A stretch of DNA of 64,000 nt from an uncultured Candidatus Saccharibacteria bacterium (GCA_964543385.1 CAZIYE010000001.1:29557-93556), one strand, 5' to 3'. Shown: positions 34,455 through 45,097, counted from the stretch's first letter. Program-made: numbers and translations. Notes: generated by a model not told the origin, from the sequence alone.

Positions 34455-35726
34455 ATGACGAACATAAACCGAACACTTTTTCATAATAGTTCTAACACCC
34501 CGCTGGCCGAAAAACTCAGGCCGTTAACTTTTGAAGACTACATAGGCCAGGAACATATTTTGTCTGAAGGGAAAATATTGCGCCGGATTATAGAATCTGA
34601 TCGCATTATCCCAATGATTTTTTGGGGACCTCCTGGCTGTGGCAAAACTACTCTGGCCCAAATTATTGCCGAGATAACAAATTCTAAATTCGTATTTTTT
34701 TCTGCAGTCACTGGAGGTATAGCTGATGCCAAGAAAATTATAGAACAAGCTAGAAGTGACCTCGAACTATATCAAGCCAAAACTATACTTTTTATTGATG
34801 AAATTCATCGTTTTAACAAGTCACAACAGGATTATCTTTTACCACATGTAGAGAAGGGAACGATCACGTTACTTGGAGCTACTACTGAAAATCCCTCCTT
34901 TCAGGTTAATGCACCGCTACTATCTAGAGCCCGAGTATTCCATTTTCGCGAGATCACTCCTGATTGCATACAAAGTATGATCAAGGGTGCTGTTAAGAAG
35001 ATTGAGTCAAATCCCCAAAAATACTTTCCCAAAATATTTCTACTCGAGCAAAAAATCAAAATTAAGATAGACAAAGATGCACTCACACAAATTTCACAGC
35101 TTTGCGAAGGAGACGCCAGGGATGCATATAATGCTCTAGAATTAGCGATTATCTCTTCTCCAATAGATGATGATAAAATCACAATTACAAAAGAAACAGC
35201 CGAAGAATCAATCCAGCAAAAATTTATCCGTTACGACAAAGGTGCTGATGGCCATTATGACGCCATTTCTGCCCTACACAAATCCATAAGGGCAAGTGAC
35301 GTAGACGCCGCCCTACATTATACAGCTAGAATGCTTGAGGCAGGAGAAGATCCTCTGTATGTGGTCCGTAGATTGGTTCGATTTGCCTCAGAAGATATAG
35401 GCATGGCAGACCCTCAAGCTCTCATTCTAGCCATCTCAGTATTAGAGACAGTGCGTTTTCTTGGCATGCCAGAGTCTAATGATGCGATTGCAGAGCTAGT
35501 GATTTATCTCTCTCTGGGCCCAAAATCAAGAGCCGTTGATGAAGCTTATGCAGCAGCAAAAGCAGATATATTAAATAAACGCCTAGATCCAATTCCTCTC
35601 AGAATTCGTAATGCTGAGACTAAATTGATGAAGGATTTTGGCTACGGCAAAGATTATAAAATGTATGACAAAGAGACAAATCTGCCAGAAAATTTAAAGG
35701 GCAAAAAGTATTGGTCAGATAAATAG
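34455..35726 (+). CDS. rarA: replication-associated recombination protein A (AAA+ ATPase)
   Basis: Walker A GPPGCGKTTLA, Walker B LFIDEIHRFNKSQQD, a MgsA C-terminal domain. Confidence 0.9.
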   Translation: MTNINRTLFHNSSNTPLAEKLRPLTFEDYIGQEHILSEGKILRRIIESDRIIPMIFWGPPGCGKTTLAQIIAEITNSKFVFFSAVTGGIADAKKIIEQARSDLELYQAKTILFIDEIHRFNKSQQDYLLPHVEKGTITLLGATTENPSFQVNAPLLSRARVFHFREITPDCIQSMIKGAVKKIESNPQKYFPKIFLLEQKIKIKIDKDALTQISQLCEGDARDAYNALELAIISSPIDDDKITITKETAEESIQQKFIRYDKGADGHYDAISALHKSIRASDVDAALHYTARMLEAGEDPLYVVRRLVRFASEDIGMADPQALILAISVLETVRFLGMPESNDAIAELVIYLSLGPKSRAVDEAYAAAKADILNKRLDPIPLRIRNAETKLMKDFGYGKDYKMYDKETNLPENLKGKKYWSDK

Positions 35727-35731
35727 AACTT

Positions 35732-36562
35732 TTATTTTTTCTCTTCTGCATTTTCCTTCTCAGCATTAATTGCGCCATCTGGACAAACACGGTTACAATT
35801 ATTACAACCAATACACTTTTCTAGGTCAACCTCGGGAACAGGTGTTGCAAAAACACCCAGGATACTACCAAATTTCAAAGCTTTTACCGGGCACTTCTCT
35901 ATGCATATACCACATCCCTTGCATCTAGAGGGAACTATTTCTATTTTTTTACCAAATCCCTTAGATAAAATCTTCCTTGTGGATGGAGAGAAAGCAGGAT
36001 CAGTGAAATTATCAACCTCAAAAACCAAATCCCAACCAAACTCGAAAGCATCGTTATTAGCTTTTTTGACTTTTTCGTCATGAAATTTCTTACCGAGAAC
36101 ACCGGCAACCGCTTCCCATGTTTTCTCTTTATTAAAGTTTAATATATTACTTAATTTTGCAGTAATAATAGTATTAAAAACTTTTGGAGTAAACCGCTGG
36201 TAAGCGTATTTAGTTGCTGGAGCAGCAAACAGATGTGTGGAAAGTTTTGGCAACTCAGCTACATCTATTGTTGAGCTATCAAATATGACCTTCGAATTTG
36301 GAGATATAAAGTCAGAGGCTATATGAATCGCTCTTTTCTGGAGAATTATCACATAGTCAGCAACATTAAAGCGAGGATAATTTATCTCTCCTTTGGCAAT
36401 AGTTATAAAAGCAGTTGAAGGAGTTCCTCGCTGTTCCACACCAAAAGATGGAATATAGGTAACATCATACCCAGAATTTGCGGCCGCATCAGTCAACACT
36501 TTTGCTATAGTCTGAATTCCCTGACCGCCTTCGCCAGTCAAGAGTATTTTTATCTGATTCAT
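35732..36562 (-). CDS. porGD: 2-oxoacid:ferredoxin oxidoreductase gamma subunit fused to delta (2x[4Fe-4S] ferredoxin)
   Basis: N-terminal GEGGQGIQTIAKVL...SFGVEQRG (gamma). C-terminal CKGCGICIEKCP and CIGCNNCNRVCP. Confidence 0.8.
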   Translation of the reverse strand: MNQIKILLTGEGGQGIQTIAKVLTDAAANSGYDVTYIPSFGVEQRGTPSTAFITIAKGEINYPRFNVADYVIILQKRAIHIASDFISPNSKVIFDSSTIDVAELPKLSTHLFAAPATKYAYQRFTPKVFNTIITAKLSNILNFNKEKTWEAVAGVLGKKFHDEKVKKANNDAFEFGWDLVFEVDNFTDPAFSPSTRKILSKGFGKKIEIVPSRCKGCGICIEKCPVKALKFGSILGVFATPVPEVDLEKCIGCNNCNRVCPDGAINAEKENAEEKK

Positions 36563-37275
36563 TTAACCTCCCCGATAGGATAGAAAGCTTCCATTTCTTT
36601 CAATTTTGCAAGGCTATCCTTAGCATTGGTTTTCCAGTTTGTTGGACAAATGGACAAAACTTCAACCATAGAAAAACCTTTTTGGTCTTGTTGATGCAAA
36701 ATAGCTTTTTTTATCAAATTTCTAAGTTGTATAGAATTTGAGATTGAAGCACGAGCAATAAAAGCATCGGGAGAAGCGACCTTCCTAAGTAATTCAGGAC
36801 CAAAGAAACCACTGCCGAGATCCTGATTTTTGCCTTTAGGAGAAGTAGGAGTTACCATTCCCATAGGAGTAGCCGGAGACATTTGCCCACCCGTCATACC
36901 ATATAGCTCATTATTGATTACAATCGCAGTGATAGGCTCGTTTCTATATGCTGCATGAATCATCGCCTGCAATCCGATTGCATATCCGCCGCCATCACCC
37001 ATATAGGCAATTGCTATTCTGTTTGGTCTTACTTTCTTATAGCCAACCATTACGGATGTTGTTCGACCATGATGGGTTTGCACAGTATCCATATTAAAAA
37101 AGTCCCAAGCAAGTAATGAACAACCAATATCTATTCCTAATGTAGTTTTATCAGCAACATCCAATTCATCAATGGCGAAGCCCAAATGTTTAAGTGCAGT
37201 GCCATGACCACAACCTGGGCAAAAAAAGTGAGGTTTGCTTGAGACATTCCAGACTTTTGGCATTATTTTATCCAT
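36559..37275 (-). CDS. porB: 2-oxoacid:ferredoxin oxidoreductase beta (TPP-binding) subunit
   Basis: CPGCGHG...GDGGGYAIGLQ TPP/Fe-S motifs. Overlaps neighbouring genes by 4-8 nt. Confidence 0.85.
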   Translation of the reverse strand: MDKIMPKVWNVSSKPHFFCPGCGHGTALKHLGFAIDELDVADKTTLGIDIGCSLLAWDFFNMDTVQTHHGRTTSVMVGYKKVRPNRIAIAYMGDGGGYAIGLQAMIHAAYRNEPITAIVINNELYGMTGGQMSPATPMGMVTPTSPKGKNQDLGSGFFGPELLRKVASPDAFIARASISNSIQLRNLIKKAILHQQDQKGFSMVEVLSICPTNWKTNAKDSLAKLKEMEAFYPIGEVK

Positions 37276-38305
37276 TATGTTTCCTTATTTCTTTAATAAT
37301 CTCATCTGGAGTAAAGCCCTGAGCCGGTTTATTAATCTCGATAATATCCAGCTTCATCCCCGACAATTCATATTTAATCAAACGAGAAAGTTGATTCAAT
37401 GCTGACTCCACGATAAAGACTCTTTTTTTACCAACAACTGCTGCCTTTAATCCTTTTACATCAAGAGGATGAAGTGTTATCGGACGGAATAATCCAATCT
37501 TAGACTTTCCCTTCCGGAAAAAAGAGACGGCTTCCTTTGCCGCGCTAGCAACTAAACCATGAGAAATAATCAGATCTCTAGCATCATCAATTCTAAAACT
37601 TTCGGATTCGATAATTTTAGTTTTTAAGGCATTCCAATCAGCGACATTTTTTGCCAGCATTTCACCAAATTCTGACTCTGAGCTGTAACAGTTTCGTAGA
37701 TGAGTAGGCTCCTTTGTCTCTAATAAAATTTTTTCAGATTGAATTGGTTTTATCTGTTTTTTTAAGACAACGTTTTGCTTCATTTTTCCCAAATAACCAT
37801 CACCCAAGACAATGGTAGGAAAACGATATTTCCAAGCAGCAGAAAATGCCTTTATCACAAGATCATACATTTCGGCAACCGAGGAAGCAGAATAGACTAT
37901 GCGCAAACCATCACCATTACCGCCAAATGCCGCCAAATGGACTTCCTGTTGGGAAAAATTAACCGTTCCAGTAGATGGACCTCCACGTTGCATCATAATA
38001 CCAACAAAAGGAAGCCTCATATTTTCTGCCATCGATATAGCATCTTGCAATAATATATGGCCTGGTCCGGCAGAAGCCGTAAAAGCCTTTACTCCACCTA
38101 GGACAGCACCGAGAACACCAAAACCCGCAGCAATTTCATCCTCTGTCTGAAGACAGATCAGACTGTTATCCTTTTGAGCCTTAGCGATAAACCCTTCCAA
38201 AATTTCTGTTGCTGGTGTTATCGGATAGCCAAATATCGCTTTAGCGCCAGCATCAATAGCGCCAAGAACAGCAGCTTCATTACCAGTAATAAGCATCTTC
38301 TCCAT
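37268..38305 (-). CDS. porA: 2-oxoacid:ferredoxin oxidoreductase alpha subunit
   Basis: MLITGNEAAVLGAIDAGAKAIFGYPITPATEI is the POR alpha N-terminal signature. Confidence 0.85.
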   Translation of the reverse strand: MEKMLITGNEAAVLGAIDAGAKAIFGYPITPATEILEGFIAKAQKDNSLICLQTEDEIAAGFGVLGAVLGGVKAFTASAGPGHILLQDAISMAENMRLPFVGIMMQRGGPSTGTVNFSQQEVHLAAFGGNGDGLRIVYSASSVAEMYDLVIKAFSAAWKYRFPTIVLGDGYLGKMKQNVVLKKQIKPIQSEKILLETKEPTHLRNCYSSESEFGEMLAKNVADWNALKTKIIESESFRIDDARDLIISHGLVASAAKEAVSFFRKGKSKIGLFRPITLHPLDVKGLKAAVVGKKRVFIVESALNQLSRLIKYELSGMKLDIIEINKPAQGFTPDEIIKEIRKHNG

Positions 38306-38312
38306 GTTATCC

Positions 38313-40301
38313 CTACTTAGTTATTATTCTTGCATCCACTAAATAAAATTCTCCACTCTCATCCGCAATCATCGGATTGAAATCAATCTCTGTGATATTC
38401 TCAAAGTTGTCAGCAAAGCTAGATGTATTGACAATAATTTTGGCAATCTCATCAATATTATAAGCCATCTGCCCTCTAGCCCCTGCCAAAATTGCGCCCA
38501 TTTTAGTCTCGGCTATCATCTCTTTAGCAACCTCTGTAGAAATTGGTGCAATACGGTAACTTAGATCCTTATAAACTTCGGAATAAATGCCACCAGTTCC
38601 AAAAGCAATTACAGTACCAATATTAGCATCCTTCTTAATTCCCAGAAAAATTTCATGTTTTCCTTTAACCATTTTGCCAACAATTGCCGGAGAACCAACC
38701 TCAGTGAAGGCAGCAAGCAAATCTGTTTCATTCTTAAGATTCAATTTCACTCCGCCAGCATCAGATTTATGAGAAATATCTTTTTGAGCTGTTTTAAGAA
38801 CCAATGGATAACCAATATTTTCTGCGGCAGCCCGTAGCTCAGTCTCGTTATTAACTTCAATATAACCAAGAACTGGTAAATTAAACTTCTTTAATAAATT
38901 ATCTTTATTAGACATATCGAATGTCTCAGTGGGGGTGTTAGAATTGCTAATTTCAACCTTTTTTGTTGAGAAATCTACAAGAGCACGAAGCGCCTTCACA
39001 CCCATCTCTGGATAAAGGAAGCAAATTTTCTGAGCACTCTCAATAATTTTGCAACCGCTTTCAACTGATGCACCACCGATAAATGCAGAAATTATAGGCT
39101 TATCAGTCTTTAGATCGATGATATGTCTGGCTGTCTCTTCTACTTTAGTTGAGGACTGTGGTGTTAATAAAACAAGTAGAGCGTCGATATTAGGATCATT
39201 CGCAACGATCTCCATTGCATCTTTATATTCTGTATCAGAGGCGTCACCCAAAACATCAATTGGATTGCCAACTGGGGCCTCTGGTCTCAATACTTTTTGT
39301 AATCTTGCTTTTGTTTCATCAGAGATAGTAGCAAGCTGCAAGCTATGTTTTATAATGGCATCGCTAGAAGCAATTGAGGGACCGCCGGCATTTGTAATAA
39401 TAGCAACACGGTCACCGCCTATTTTATTATAGGTAGAAAATAATGCTGCATAGGCAAACAAATCTTCAAGATCATCAGCAATAATTACACCAGACTGCCT
39501 CAAATATGTCTCGACAGCCAGATAAGACGAAACCAAGGATCCAGTATGAGAGGCAGCTGCATGAGCACCAGCCGCAGTCTTGCCACCAAACAAAACAACT
39601 GTGGGTTTTCGCTTAGCGTTTTTTATAAAAACCTCAGTTAATTCAGGAGATACATTTAGCTGCTCCCAATAAGAGATGATTACTTTTGTTGAATCGTCAC
39701 TGTAAAGATATTTGAGCAAATCAGCCTCTTTTAAGACAGCCTTATTTCCAAGTGAAAAAATCTTAGAAAATCCCAGAGAAGTTGTTTTTGACCAGTCGAT
39801 TAAGGCAGTAATCATGGCACCAGATTGAGAAATAAAAGAAATATTACCCTTATTTGGCATCGAATTAGCGAATGAAGCATTTAGATTAATGTCTGTGTTG
39901 ATAAGGCCCAGACAGTTTGGTCCTAATAATGAGATTCCTGCATTTTGACAAATTGTCACAATCTCTTCTTGGAGTTTAGTACCTTCTTCGCCAGTTTCAG
40001 AGAATCCAGCCGTAATTACAATTGCACTCTTGATACCTTTTTCTCCGCATTCTTTTAAAGCACCCACAACAAATTTGGAGGGAATACAAATTACCGCAAG
40101 ATCGATTTCCTCATCAATAGAAAGAACGGAATCGTAAACATTTTTACCCAAAATTTCACCACCTTTAGGATTGATGGGGTAGACTTCGCCAATAAAGTTA
40201 TTTTTAATAAGGTTATCAAAAATTTGGTAACCAATTTTTTCAGGGCTAGCTGATGCTCCAATCACAGCGATGGAACTAGGTATAATAAGTTTGTCCAACA
40301 T
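38313..40301 (-). CDS. acd: acetate-CoA ligase (ADP-forming), fused alpha/beta
   Basis: N-terminal CoA-binding Rossmann region (IAVIGASASPEKIGY), a succinyl-CoA-synthetase-like flavodoxin domain and a C-terminal ATP-grasp. 662 aa. Confidence 0.8.
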   Translation of the reverse strand: MLDKLIIPSSIAVIGASASPEKIGYQIFDNLIKNNFIGEVYPINPKGGEILGKNVYDSVLSIDEEIDLAVICIPSKFVVGALKECGEKGIKSAIVITAGFSETGEEGTKLQEEIVTICQNAGISLLGPNCLGLINTDINLNASFANSMPNKGNISFISQSGAMITALIDWSKTTSLGFSKIFSLGNKAVLKEADLLKYLYSDDSTKVIISYWEQLNVSPELTEVFIKNAKRKPTVVLFGGKTAAGAHAAASHTGSLVSSYLAVETYLRQSGVIIADDLEDLFAYAALFSTYNKIGGDRVAIITNAGGPSIASSDAIIKHSLQLATISDETKARLQKVLRPEAPVGNPIDVLGDASDTEYKDAMEIVANDPNIDALLVLLTPQSSTKVEETARHIIDLKTDKPIISAFIGGASVESGCKIIESAQKICFLYPEMGVKALRALVDFSTKKVEISNSNTPTETFDMSNKDNLLKKFNLPVLGYIEVNNETELRAAAENIGYPLVLKTAQKDISHKSDAGGVKLNLKNETDLLAAFTEVGSPAIVGKMVKGKHEIFLGIKKDANIGTVIAFGTGGIYSEVYKDLSYRIAPISTEVAKEMIAETKMGAILAGARGQMAYNIDEIAKIIVNTSSFADNFENITEIDFNPMIADESGEFYLVDARIITK

Positions 40302-40308
40302 AAAAATC

Positions 40309-41757
40309 CTATCTGTCTAAATGATTTATAATAATTTTTTTTAAATAGCTTTGATTATATTTTATATTCATTAAATCTAAAATCCCCAAACTTTGCTGGG
40401 CTAACTTCTTTGAATAATTAGATACCTCAATAAGAGGAAGAGGATTTGAGGAAAATTGAGTTCTTTCACCAAATGGAAGCGAAACCTCGACTATCTCCTC
40501 AGCCATTCCATAGAAAGAGGATACCAACAGAATTCCACCGTTTTCCAGTATACACGATTCTAGACCAGATAATAAACTGTCTAAATTTTTCACTGTTGTT
40601 TCTACCCGTCCGAAGTTCTTGCCTTGGCATACATTAGCGATAAAAGGCAAATCGACTATTATCAAATCATCTTTCTTTTTCTTTATTCTGTCCTTTATGA
40701 ATTCAAAAACCCCAGCTATGAATATCTTTTCTTGAGCTTCTGATCGATCGACATCTTCAAGCTCTATTTTTCTGATATTCTGCGGAATATTTGTTATCGA
40801 CGAAATAAGATCACAGTCGGCTTTATTGGCCAGAAGGATGCCATGGCTTTTGGATAGTCTAGAAAACCACGACGAACTAGTGCTGCTACAAATATTTTTA
40901 TCAGCTTGATCCCAGGGAGCATCAATTAAATATAGAATTTTAAGAAATTTTAGCCTTCTGATCTCGGGATAGTTAAAAAGGCCAAAGAAATATTTCGATA
41001 ATGGCAATACAGCTTCGCAATTATGATCAAAAAATATTACTGCATCAAAATCAGATATCATTGTCCGACTATTCGAAATTATAAAGCTCCCCAACCATTC
41101 CGCTCCCTTTTTGCCAGCAGAAAACATCTGTTCAAAAGATAAAACCCTTTTCCCTCTTCCTGAAATTATGGTATTTAGAGTCTCTGCCAAATTATCGTTT
41201 AAATAAAGATTATTAAGGGTGCTAATTGTAGCTATTTGGGCATTGCCAATCTTTAATAACTTGGCCTGTAAGCCATTAAGTATCTCGATGACTTTATTTT
41301 TTGAAGAAAAGTTATCGACGAAAAGATGTATATACTGCTGGTAAACACCGTTAGACTTAGATAATTTAACAAGGTTTATTAGATGATCCAAATCACCGAA
41401 CCTATTGTCCTCAGAGATAGTACCAATAATGTGAAGTTTTGAATTATGCTTTAATACGTGAGCATATAATCCCTGCAAAGTCTTATTTTCATGAATACTT
41501 TTGCCAGTAAACGATTCATCAATAATTTTTGAATTTGTTTTGGGATCAGTATCCTTATAAAATTCCTCATAAAAACATCTCTTATTCAGCGATTCAGACT
41601 TATTAGATGACTCCAGTACCAGATGACTGTATTTTTTCCATAAGTTATTAAAATTATCAGCTTTAGCACTGATAATAGCATTCTTTTGCCAAGACAAATT
41701 AAGCCCCCACCCCTGCAAAAGCAATAGAACAATAGGTTTTTGATTATTATCTTCCAT
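40309..41757 (-). CDS. iPGM-like paralogue with substituted metal ligand (probable pseudoenzyme or new function)
   Basis: N-terminus PIVLLLLQGWGLN parallels gpmI PFVLVILDGWGIA, but the metal-ligand Asp is Gln. The Ser-phosphorylation loop is not recognisable. It overlaps gpmI by 11 nt. Confidence 0.55.
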   Translation of the reverse strand: MEDNNQKPIVLLLLQGWGLNLSWQKNAIISAKADNFNNLWKKYSHLVLESSNKSESLNKRCFYEEFYKDTDPKTNSKIIDESFTGKSIHENKTLQGLYAHVLKHNSKLHIIGTISEDNRFGDLDHLINLVKLSKSNGVYQQYIHLFVDNFSSKNKVIEILNGLQAKLLKIGNAQIATISTLNNLYLNDNLAETLNTIISGRGKRVLSFEQMFSAGKKGAEWLGSFIISNSRTMISDFDAVIFFDHNCEAVLPLSKYFFGLFNYPEIRRLKFLKILYLIDAPWDQADKNICSSTSSSWFSRLSKSHGILLANKADCDLISSITNIPQNIRKIELEDVDRSEAQEKIFIAGVFEFIKDRIKKKKDDLIIVDLPFIANVCQGKNFGRVETTVKNLDSLLSGLESCILENGGILLVSSFYGMAEEIVEVSLPFGERTQFSSNPLPLIEVSNYSKKLAQQSLGILDLMNIKYNQSYLKKIIINHLDR

Positions 41758-43330
41758 TGTCAGAAATAATTAACGATTTCTCTTTTTGCTTATCATCATA
41801 AGTAATCCCCATAACATCAAGAATTGTTGGCGATATAGAAGCCAAAACTCCGTCAGGTCTAAACTTCAGAGATTTAAGTTGAGAGTCAGCAGACACAAGA
41901 CCGAACGGAACAGGATTACATGTATGCTCAGTATCGGGAGATCCGGTGCGAGGGTTTACCATTTGTTCAGCATTACCATGATCCGCACAGATTGCCGCAA
42001 CACCACTTTTTTTGATCACCGTATCAAGAACCTTGCCAAGACACTTATCAACGCACTCAACTGCCTTAACTGTTGCCCCCAAATCGCCGGTATGTCCAAC
42101 CATATCAGTATTCGCAAAGTTCACAACCAGAAACTCATAGATGTTTCGATTGATCGCGTCAATCAAAGTCTTTGTAACCTCTCCAGCACTCATTTCAGGA
42201 ACTTTATCATAGGTCCTTACTGAAGTAGGGGATGGAATCATAAGACGGTCTTCGCCGGGATAACTTTCCTCATGACCGCCATTTAAGAAGTATGTAACAT
42301 GAGCATACTTCTCTGTCTCGGCAGTATGATATTGCCTAAAACCCTTTGACGACAATATAGATGCGAGAGGATCAGTCACCTTTTCTGGAAAAAATGCTTG
42401 ATTCGCGGGTGAATTCTCGTCATGCATAACAAAAGTAGCAAAGTATAAATTCTTAAGCAGCTTTCTATTTGGAATATCTCTGAATTCAGGATCAAGAAAT
42501 GTCTTCGTTAACTCCTTGGCTCTGTCCGCTCTGAAATTAAATAGTATCACCGAATCATTATCAGTAATCGGTCTAAAAGAATGTTGCTTATCCTGAACAA
42601 TACTAGGCTCAATAAATTCGTCTGTAATTCCATGTGCGTATGATTCGGTAAAAATTGTTCCTATTGATAAATATGATCTTCCGTTACCACCAACCAACAT
42701 ATCGTAGGTCTTTTTGACACGATCCCAACGGTTATCTCTATCCATCGCATAAAAACGTCCGATTATAGAAGTAATTTTTCCGATGCCAACTTTTCTCACC
42801 TCTGCTTCAACTTCAGAAAGCATCTCTATACCGGACATAGAATCGGAATCTCGGCCATCGGTAAACAAATGAATGTAAACTCTATCAAATTTTTTATCGG
42901 CAATAAGTTTGAGCAGAGCAAAAAGGTGATTTATATGACTATGAGTCCCAGTCTTCGAAAGAAGTCCCATGACATGTAAATTGGATTTATTTTCCCTAGC
43001 ATGCTCAACTGCTGCATGAAGAATTTTGTTTTCAAAAAATCTTCCACTCGATATTTCTTTATCTATCATCGGTTGATCCTGATATATAATATGCCCCGCG
43101 CCAATATTAAGATGCCCCGCTTCAGAGTTACCAGGGGCCCCATCGGGAAGACCGACCGCACCATCAGATGCCTGCAGGGTAGTATAGGGGAAATTCTTCT
43201 GCATTGTCTTAAAGTTTTTAACTTCAGCAATAGAAATCGCATTCCCTCCCCACACAGGGGCGATACCCCAACCGTCCAAAATAACTAAAACAAAAGGCTT
43301 TTTTGATTTGCCTACTGAAAAATTAAACAA
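41747..43330 (-). CDS. gpmI: 2,3-bisphosphoglycerate-independent phosphoglycerate mutase
   Basis: ILDGWG, catalytic Ser loop ASDGAVGLPDG, and C-terminal His/Asp ligands (DHGN). 527 aa. Confidence 0.9.
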   Translation of the reverse strand: MFNFSVGKSKKPFVLVILDGWGIAPVWGGNAISIAEVKNFKTMQKNFPYTTLQASDGAVGLPDGAPGNSEAGHLNIGAGHIIYQDQPMIDKEISSGRFFENKILHAAVEHARENKSNLHVMGLLSKTGTHSHINHLFALLKLIADKKFDRVYIHLFTDGRDSDSMSGIEMLSEVEAEVRKVGIGKITSIIGRFYAMDRDNRWDRVKKTYDMLVGGNGRSYLSIGTIFTESYAHGITDEFIEPSIVQDKQHSFRPITDNDSVILFNFRADRAKELTKTFLDPEFRDIPNRKLLKNLYFATFVMHDENSPANQAFFPEKVTDPLASILSSKGFRQYHTAETEKYAHVTYFLNGGHEESYPGEDRLMIPSPTSVRTYDKVPEMSAGEVTKTLIDAINRNIYEFLVVNFANTDMVGHTGDLGATVKAVECVDKCLGKVLDTVIKKSGVAAICADHGNAEQMVNPRTGSPDTEHTCNPVPFGLVSADSQLKSLKFRPDGVLASISPTILDVMGITYDDKQKEKSLIISDNGR

Positions 43331-43346
43331 ATTCCCTCCTAAAACA

Positions 43347-44402
43347 TTAAGCTAAACGCTCCTTAAGATAATCTATAGTATCATTCGTACCAGGATTTAC
43401 TCTATTCAACATCGCTAAATAATATGAAACAAAATCACCAAACATTACATGTAAAAATATTTCGACCAACTGGTCTTGTCCCTGTAAAAATTTAATTCTT
43501 TCAAGAGGAATTTTATTTCTTGCCAAAACATCAGCCGTAACGTTTTCCCTTAATTTGTTTCGACTATATTCAAAGTCAGACTCGAGCATTAAGACAAAAA
43601 TTTGGTTTTTGGGACATAGCAATCCTTCTACTGATTTATGGTTCACTTCTGGAATCTCCTCATGAAAAGCAAAATTCTTTGAGTTTTCATTTAATTGGCC
43701 CTTGATTCTGGCCCCAACCCCAGCAAGCTTATCTGAGGTATATATTACCGGAATTTTCCCAAAAATCTTCTCTGCTAGTATCTTTGCTGGATTGCCCAAC
43801 AAAGAATTTGGTATTTGGTATTTATTGATCGCACTCTTCAAATTCGTAACTATATTATTTATTCTAGCACGATCGATATTTATGTAACCAAGCTTACTAA
43901 AGATAGAGAGAAGAAAGATAAACATAAAGGGAAATGAGGCTCGAGGAGGACAATGATAGTCAAACTTCAATAGGGGCGCTCTATATTTCTCTGCCAATAT
44001 TTTTAATTTTCCGCCAGTTGTAATAGCAATTAGCTTTGCGCCTTTTTCATGAGCAGAGATAAAGCCAGACAGCGTCTCTTCAGTGTCACCAGAATAAGAG
44101 CTTGCGATAACTAGAGTATCCTTGTCTATAAAACCAGGTAAAATATAATTATGAACACTCTCAATCACAAGATCAGTTTGACTAAACAACAAATTCTTGA
44201 GGATATCTCCAGCTTCACCGGATCCGCCCATTCCTAGCAGAACAACTTTCTTTGCCTTAATATAATATGATGGTATAGAATAACTATCTGCCATACTGAA
44301 TGCTTGCTCGCACAGCAAAGGAAAATTCTCAATATGGCGAATCATTCCCTTAGAATCGACTTTACTAACATCAATTTTGTCTAAAATGTCCATATTGCCC
44401 AC
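43347..44402 (-). CDS. bifunctional phosphoglucose/phosphomannose isomerase (SIS domain, archaeal-type)
   Basis: 351 aa with a SIS motif (VVLLGMGGSGEAGD) and C-terminal PGI/PMI-family region. Confidence 0.75.
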   Translation of the reverse strand: MGNMDILDKIDVSKVDSKGMIRHIENFPLLCEQAFSMADSYSIPSYYIKAKKVVLLGMGGSGEAGDILKNLLFSQTDLVIESVHNYILPGFIDKDTLVIASSYSGDTEETLSGFISAHEKGAKLIAITTGGKLKILAEKYRAPLLKFDYHCPPRASFPFMFIFLLSIFSKLGYINIDRARINNIVTNLKSAINKYQIPNSLLGNPAKILAEKIFGKIPVIYTSDKLAGVGARIKGQLNENSKNFAFHEEIPEVNHKSVEGLLCPKNQIFVLMLESDFEYSRNKLRENVTADVLARNKIPLERIKFLQGQDQLVEIFLHVMFGDFVSYYLAMLNRVNPGTNDTIDYLKERLA

Positions 44403-44480
44403 AACAAACCTCTTTTTAAAATCCTAGTATAATTATATTATTAAAAGTAGACTAAAAACAAGCCATAACAAAGAGAAAAA

Positions 44481-45062
44481 ATGCATACCCTAAATCAAGA
44501 AAATATTAATGAAATTGCAAGCAAAGCAGCAGAGACTATTAAAAACGGCGGCATTGCCTTAGTTCCTTTTGATACTGTCTATGGATTTATATGCGATCCC
44601 AGCAATAGCTCCGCACTCGAAAAAATATTCCATCTCAAAGAAAGAGACGAGAACAAGACCATAGGATTAGCAGTCTCTTCCTTATCAGATATAGAAAAAA
44701 TTGCTGAAACCCTTAATCCAGAATTCATTAGCGCTAGGATACCTGGCAGATACACATTTATCCTAAAATCAAAAAACGATAGTTTTTCAAAATATTGTTA
44801 TCAAAACGGAACTATTGGAGTAAGAGTCCCAGATAATAGTCTCATAATAAAAATCGCCAGCCTATTTGGTCCCATTGCCCAAACTTCAGCAAATAAATCT
44901 GGGCTTTCAAATTGCCTATCGATTCCAGAAGTTATAGCACAATTCCCACCGGCAGAATTCAATAATATTGATCTGATTGTAGACGGTGGCAAAATAGAAA
45001 ATGGAAAGCCATCACAAATTTGGGACATGACTAAAAAAGAACCATCTCTGATTGAAAGGTAG
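44481..45062 (+). CDS. tsaC: L-threonylcarbamoyladenylate synthase (YrdC/TsaC)
   Basis: A YrdC domain (GGIALVPFDTVYGFICDPSNSSALEKIFHLKER). 193 aa. Confidence 0.8.
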   Translation: MHTLNQENINEIASKAAETIKNGGIALVPFDTVYGFICDPSNSSALEKIFHLKERDENKTIGLAVSSLSDIEKIAETLNPEFISARIPGRYTFILKSKNDSFSKYCYQNGTIGVRVPDNSLIIKIASLFGPIAQTSANKSGLSNCLSIPEVIAQFPPAEFNNIDLIVDGGKIENGKPSQIWDMTKKEPSLIER

Positions 45063-45097
45063 AAGAAAATCTGCTATCATATATATAGTAAATGCAT

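Noticed and set aside
37775-39432. Plus-strand ORFs inside porA and acd (37775..38053, 37899..38150, 38587..38772, 39049..39432)
   Set aside because: Antisense to well-supported metabolic genes, with no independent signals.
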